In this document: positions 50,012 through 54,065 of the stretch, piece after piece
Numbering within the stretch: position 1 is the stretch's first letter
How the letters are laid out: each line of letters opens with the position of its first letter
Assembly: GCA_000320545.1 (NCBI GenBank)
Contig: ADNK01002142.1
Coordinates: forward strand, 1 to 54,065
Source: Bigelowiella natans CCMP2755
Taxonomy: Eukaryota > Protista > Cercozoa
DNA length: 54,065 bases
Direction: 5' to 3'
Position numbers and translations under genes: made by a program
Notes under the pieces: model-generated
Told to the model about the DNA's origin: nothing
Database searches by the model: none
What the model saw: only the letters and a program-made list of their open reading frames with translations

Positions 50012-51176
50012 CGTATGGTTGAATTAGCAAGGTTGTCAATTGAAATAAGTAGTAAGTCCTTCACCAGAAAATAATATATTAGCAGCAGATTGATGATGGT
50101 GATGATAAATGAGAGAGAAAGTGAGGACCAGAAACCTATTTAGTAAGAGTAGATTGACAGTGTGAAAAACTGTGCGTGCAGCATCAAAGGAGCAGTAGCA
50201 ACTACTGCGCTGGTGCTACTTTCATAACTATCACCCTCACTATTATTTCGTGATAGTTTTCTCTGTATGTTTCACTACCACCCCACCTAGTAGTTGTTTA
50301 TTATTTTATGATGAGCATGCATCATCATATAATAATCTGTGCAATTCGATGGTGGCTTGTTGTCTCTATTTCTCTATTCTGTAGAATACGCCGTATGGAG
50401 TGTTGCACTCAACGGAACTTGAAATCGATCCAGATCAGGTAAGAAGCTACACTATACCTTGTAGCCTTTACAATTACTACCGTAGGTACAATGTAACACA
50501 ATATCTGATTTGCATACTTATATTGTTATATTAGTTTGGTGATTGGGTTGAGGAAGATGCGAAGAAGTTCGCTCATCGCCCTATCTGGGACCCCGAGGTA
50601 GTAGTAGTTGTACTAGTATATCATCAATATTTTTAGTCTCCAACTTTAAGAACTTGGGTCTTTCAATGCTACTACTACTCTGCATAATCATAACAACTTT
50701 TGGTACTGAGTCACTATTATGTTTTCATCATTCACAGATAATGGATAATTCTGACTATAAATTTAATATTACCGGATTACAGCTTCCAAAGCTAGGGTAA
50801 CACAAAAACAAATCATCTCATTTGTTTTCGACTGTTGTGAGTTATTTTTGATAGGCGTTTGGCTCGAGTATATGAAGATAAAGATTTAACGTCTCAGCTA
50901 ATGAAAAAAGGGTACAGTAATATTCATTAATAATTGTCTAGGAAACCATTTGATTCTGATTCAGATAGATGAGGAAGAAAATTTCTTTGTAGAATGCCGG
51001 ACGACATTGCCCCAAGAAGCAATTTCCTGAAGCATTTCTGGAACAAGGCAAATCCTCCTCCTGACTACATCACCGACTGCTCCGCTCAAGGAAATCACGA
51101 TGATTCAAATGATGATAATGTCTCGGGGAAAGATTTCCCAGAGCTATCGAAGATTCCAGAAATGTTGCCTTATTAA
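43603..51176 (+). CDS. Membrane-anchored WW + NHL-repeat protein with a long C-terminal extension (multi-exon; could be two genes split near 46910)
   Basis: TM GILIVILTTILL; WW LPHPWQRAID..FYWYNPQTGE; NHL repeats FNRPTRL, VADTLNHAIRRV, FRMPYSVAIN, FAHPYDLAID, FDQPFGVCVD; small exons can be chained in frame to MPDDIAPR..MLPY*. Confidence 0.8.
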
Positions 51177-51699
51177 CAAACAATCAATCAATGAATCATT
51201 TTTCCGAATCTAAGGTGAGCGAATTATCCGTGAGAAGTCATCTTGCGAGTTATCTGGAGATGGATCATCTTGATGCATCTTCATGACGCTCTCCTTTTTG
51301 GACAACTGCGTCTTTTCTGCTGGACAACAGCATGCACTTCTCACTTCTGGAGTTGTTCGAATTTTCAGTGCACATTTTCTTCATCTTGTTGCGCATGCAC
51401 ATGTGCTCACCATGTAGAAAGCTAGCATCAATGCTGCACGCACGCATGTGGCGTGCTGCGTTTGCCACACCGCGAAACACATGCAACGCCGCCGAACTGT
51501 GACCTGTGTGTGATGTGTACACACACGACCTAGACCCCGTTTTCATTTCCCATCTAGCAAAAACTGCGAAAATGCGCAACATGAAAATTTGCCTACTGAC
51601 GACCTGCTGCTGAACTGAATTGCTAGAATGACATGGCAAAATCACAGGCATGTCACGTGTGTTTTGTCCAGCTGTCGCACCAGCATGTGCACGTGGGAG

Positions 51700-52240
51700 A
51701 CAAGCACTTGCAGGAAACCCTCAGCAGCGAAGGCGTGACGAGGGCAATGAGTGAACGAACGAACGAGCGAACGAGCGAACGTGTGAGTGGGTTGGTCCCA
51801 ACGGTGCAGCAGCTGAAAGGCGGGTCGCCATGCAAAAGTTCCAATTCAAGCCTCCTCAACAAGCAAGAGCATTCGCGAATTCAATGATTGGATTTTTGAC
51901 TCGTCTCGATGTCAACGTTCCAACAATGTGCACACTTCCCATGCTGTGGAAAGCTGGACGTGCCTCTAGCGCTGGTCTTTCACACGAGGTTTGATGTGAC
52001 TTTGAGCAGTTTAGGGGGGCTGCGGTGAGCTGCAGTTGTTCCATGCAAAGTTGACCCATTTTGGTCAAGAATGTGCACCGATAATTTCCATAATCTCATA
52101 CATTGAAATGACAACGGTTGCAACAATTTCGACATCCGTGAAAGAGCAAGCAGCACCAGCACCAGCACCAGCACCAGCAGCATCATCAGTAGGGAGGGAG
52201 AGGAGGAGGACGACTGCATACTGCCTGGAGAGGACAGCAC
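51700..52240 (-). pseudogene. Possible decayed minus-strand gene or repeat in a TA-poor zone
   Basis: MQSSSSSPSLLMMLLVLVLVLVLLAL resembles the signal-anchor starts of neighbouring genes, then the frame is disrupted. Confidence 0.25.
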
Positions 52241-52524
52241 GAACAGGACACTAGGACTACATCAAAGACACATCATCCACCAGAAGCGATGGCCGTGTTC
52301 TAAAGCAATAACAAGCAGAAATGCGCTGCATGAATTCGAGCATTACCAAAGCAGATATGCGTGGACGAATGAGAGCTACGTTCTTCGTCGTAGTGACACT
52401 GTCATTGTGCGCATCAAGGATCAATCTGTCATTCCCCCCTCCTTGCCCACTACTTTCGGTAGATACTAAGTTGCTAAGTACGTGAGAGGGTCAAGCGTTA
52501 CTACTACATACTACGTAATGATGA

Positions 52525-52791
52525 TTGATTTTTCACCTCTTAGTCCGTCGTCTCGCCAGAAGAGATCGCAGATTCCAAGATGTGGCAACCGCTCGATGGC
52601 CATCTTCCACAGTACCAGCACCAATCTATCAATACCATCGAAACAACAACAACAACAACAACAGCTGCAAAACATGTTCTCTCTCCTCCTCGTCGTCATC
52701 ATCATCGTCGTCATGTCAAAAACTGGGGTTGCAAGGGCCTAGCTGGAGGGTACGTTATTCTTGTTGCAAGTACGATGGTGATGATGGAAAA

Positions 52792-52828
<37 letters not shown>

Positions 52829-52960
52829 CCTTGATGACACAGCTGCTTCATCCTCCTTCTCGCATTAATATTTTGCTGTAGTATCTTCTACTAATACCAC
52901 ATGTGGCTATAATTCTTCTTTATACTACTACTAATACACATGTGGCTATAATTCTTCTTT

Positions 52961-53018
<58 letters not shown>

Positions 53019-53474
53019 CGTTGTGTGGTTTGGTGGATGATGTAGTGAAACATCGCTTGTTAGCCTCACTTGATTAAAAAATTCATTGGTCAAAGATGTA
53101 GCACCGATGGCGCAGGGACGGAAAAAGAGTTGGAAGCCATTCAAAGAGGAGGAGGAGGAGGAGGCAGCAGTCGACAAGAGGGTCAGTCTAAAGCAGCTGC
53201 TCTTGACAGGGTTATCCTCTATGGAGTTCCAAAGCAGGAAATGTACCACAAGCAAATGGGCATGTGAGTAGTACTCAATCTCCTCCTTCTTTTACCTTGC
53301 TTGCACACTTGCTGCTTTAAAACTGACATTATTCGCAACTACTATCGTTGATGTTATGTATTTCTCCATTCACATAACAGCTATGAAGAGTTGGAAGGAC
53401 AACGGATAGACGATCGTCCTTGCTTCAAGCATTGCAACAATTCATCTTCCTCTGATTTCCTTTACTTTTCCAAG
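52525..53474 (+). CDS. Uncharacterised multi-exon gene, partial; probably continues beyond the window
   Basis: Spliced VILYGVPKQEMYHKQMGI|YEELEGQRIDDRPCFKH..FLYFSK with phase-consistent GT-AG junctions. Confidence 0.6.
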
Positions 53475-53678
53475 GTAGAGTATTAAAGATTTAGCGTTGT
53501 GTATAAATGCATGAATAATACATATATACAAAATACATTTGAGCAATAGAATAAATGGGTGAATTGGGTTGACAGCATAGAAATATTCTATCTATCTATC
53601 TATCTGAATAAATGGCTGGATTGTCGACAGCATAGAACATATTAAACCTAAGCAGCAGCCTACGCTCATTTCTCTCTC

Positions 53679-53739
<61 letters not shown>

Positions 53740-54065
53740 GTCTGCCTCTATTTAACCAACTGGGAAAAAAATATAGCTAAATTCCTGCAGTGAAACCACA
53801 CTGAGACATCTCTTCTTCTTTATATTTAAATACATCTTCTTCCTCGTATTAAATGTGTGCGACTGGGGTATAGAGATAGAAAAAGAGTATATGTTATACG
53901 TGTACATCTCTATGAATATAAAGGATATGTGTGTGTGTCCTCCCCTCGCGAGATGGGCGAGATATCAATACATCAGTGTGAATTTGTTATCAACTCACTT
54001 CGTATTTCAAGAGAACACAAAAGCGCTATTGAGCGTGGCTACAATAAAAACTACCATCTCCCCCT

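Noticed and set aside
2362-51176. Non-standard genetic code
   Set aside because: Genes end in TAA, TAG and TGA, and apparent internal stops are resolved by GT-AG introns

Overview
Left end of a eukaryotic nuclear chromosome. The organism is probably a chlorarachniophyte-like alga; this is inferred only from gene style and an LRLRGG-type presequence. The window opens with about 32 CCCTAA telomere repeats, then a ~404-bp telomere-derived subtelomeric satellite and a truncated LTR. At least 11 protein genes follow, mostly intron-rich: DNAJC7-like, mitoferrin, IQ+SAM methyltransferase, a small basic LRLRGG protein, a J-domain protein, a P4H-like oxygenase, PNPase, a GDA1/CD39 apyrase, a WD40 protein, a WW/NHL protein and a partial gene. 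The first ten alternate strand without exception. A young Ty1/copia element (10358-15936) has identical 358-bp LTRs, a CCTAG TSD, heat-shock-element arrays and no gag or protease. The strongest signal is compositional. I found only one TpA in 191-2346, and TpA is also scarce in the LTRs and in parts of the tail-to-tail intergenic zones, while CpG is retained. This suggests a position-specific, TpA-directed mutational or base-modification system, roughly an inverse of RIP. Exon boundaries were read by eye, so multi-exon coordinates are approximate.
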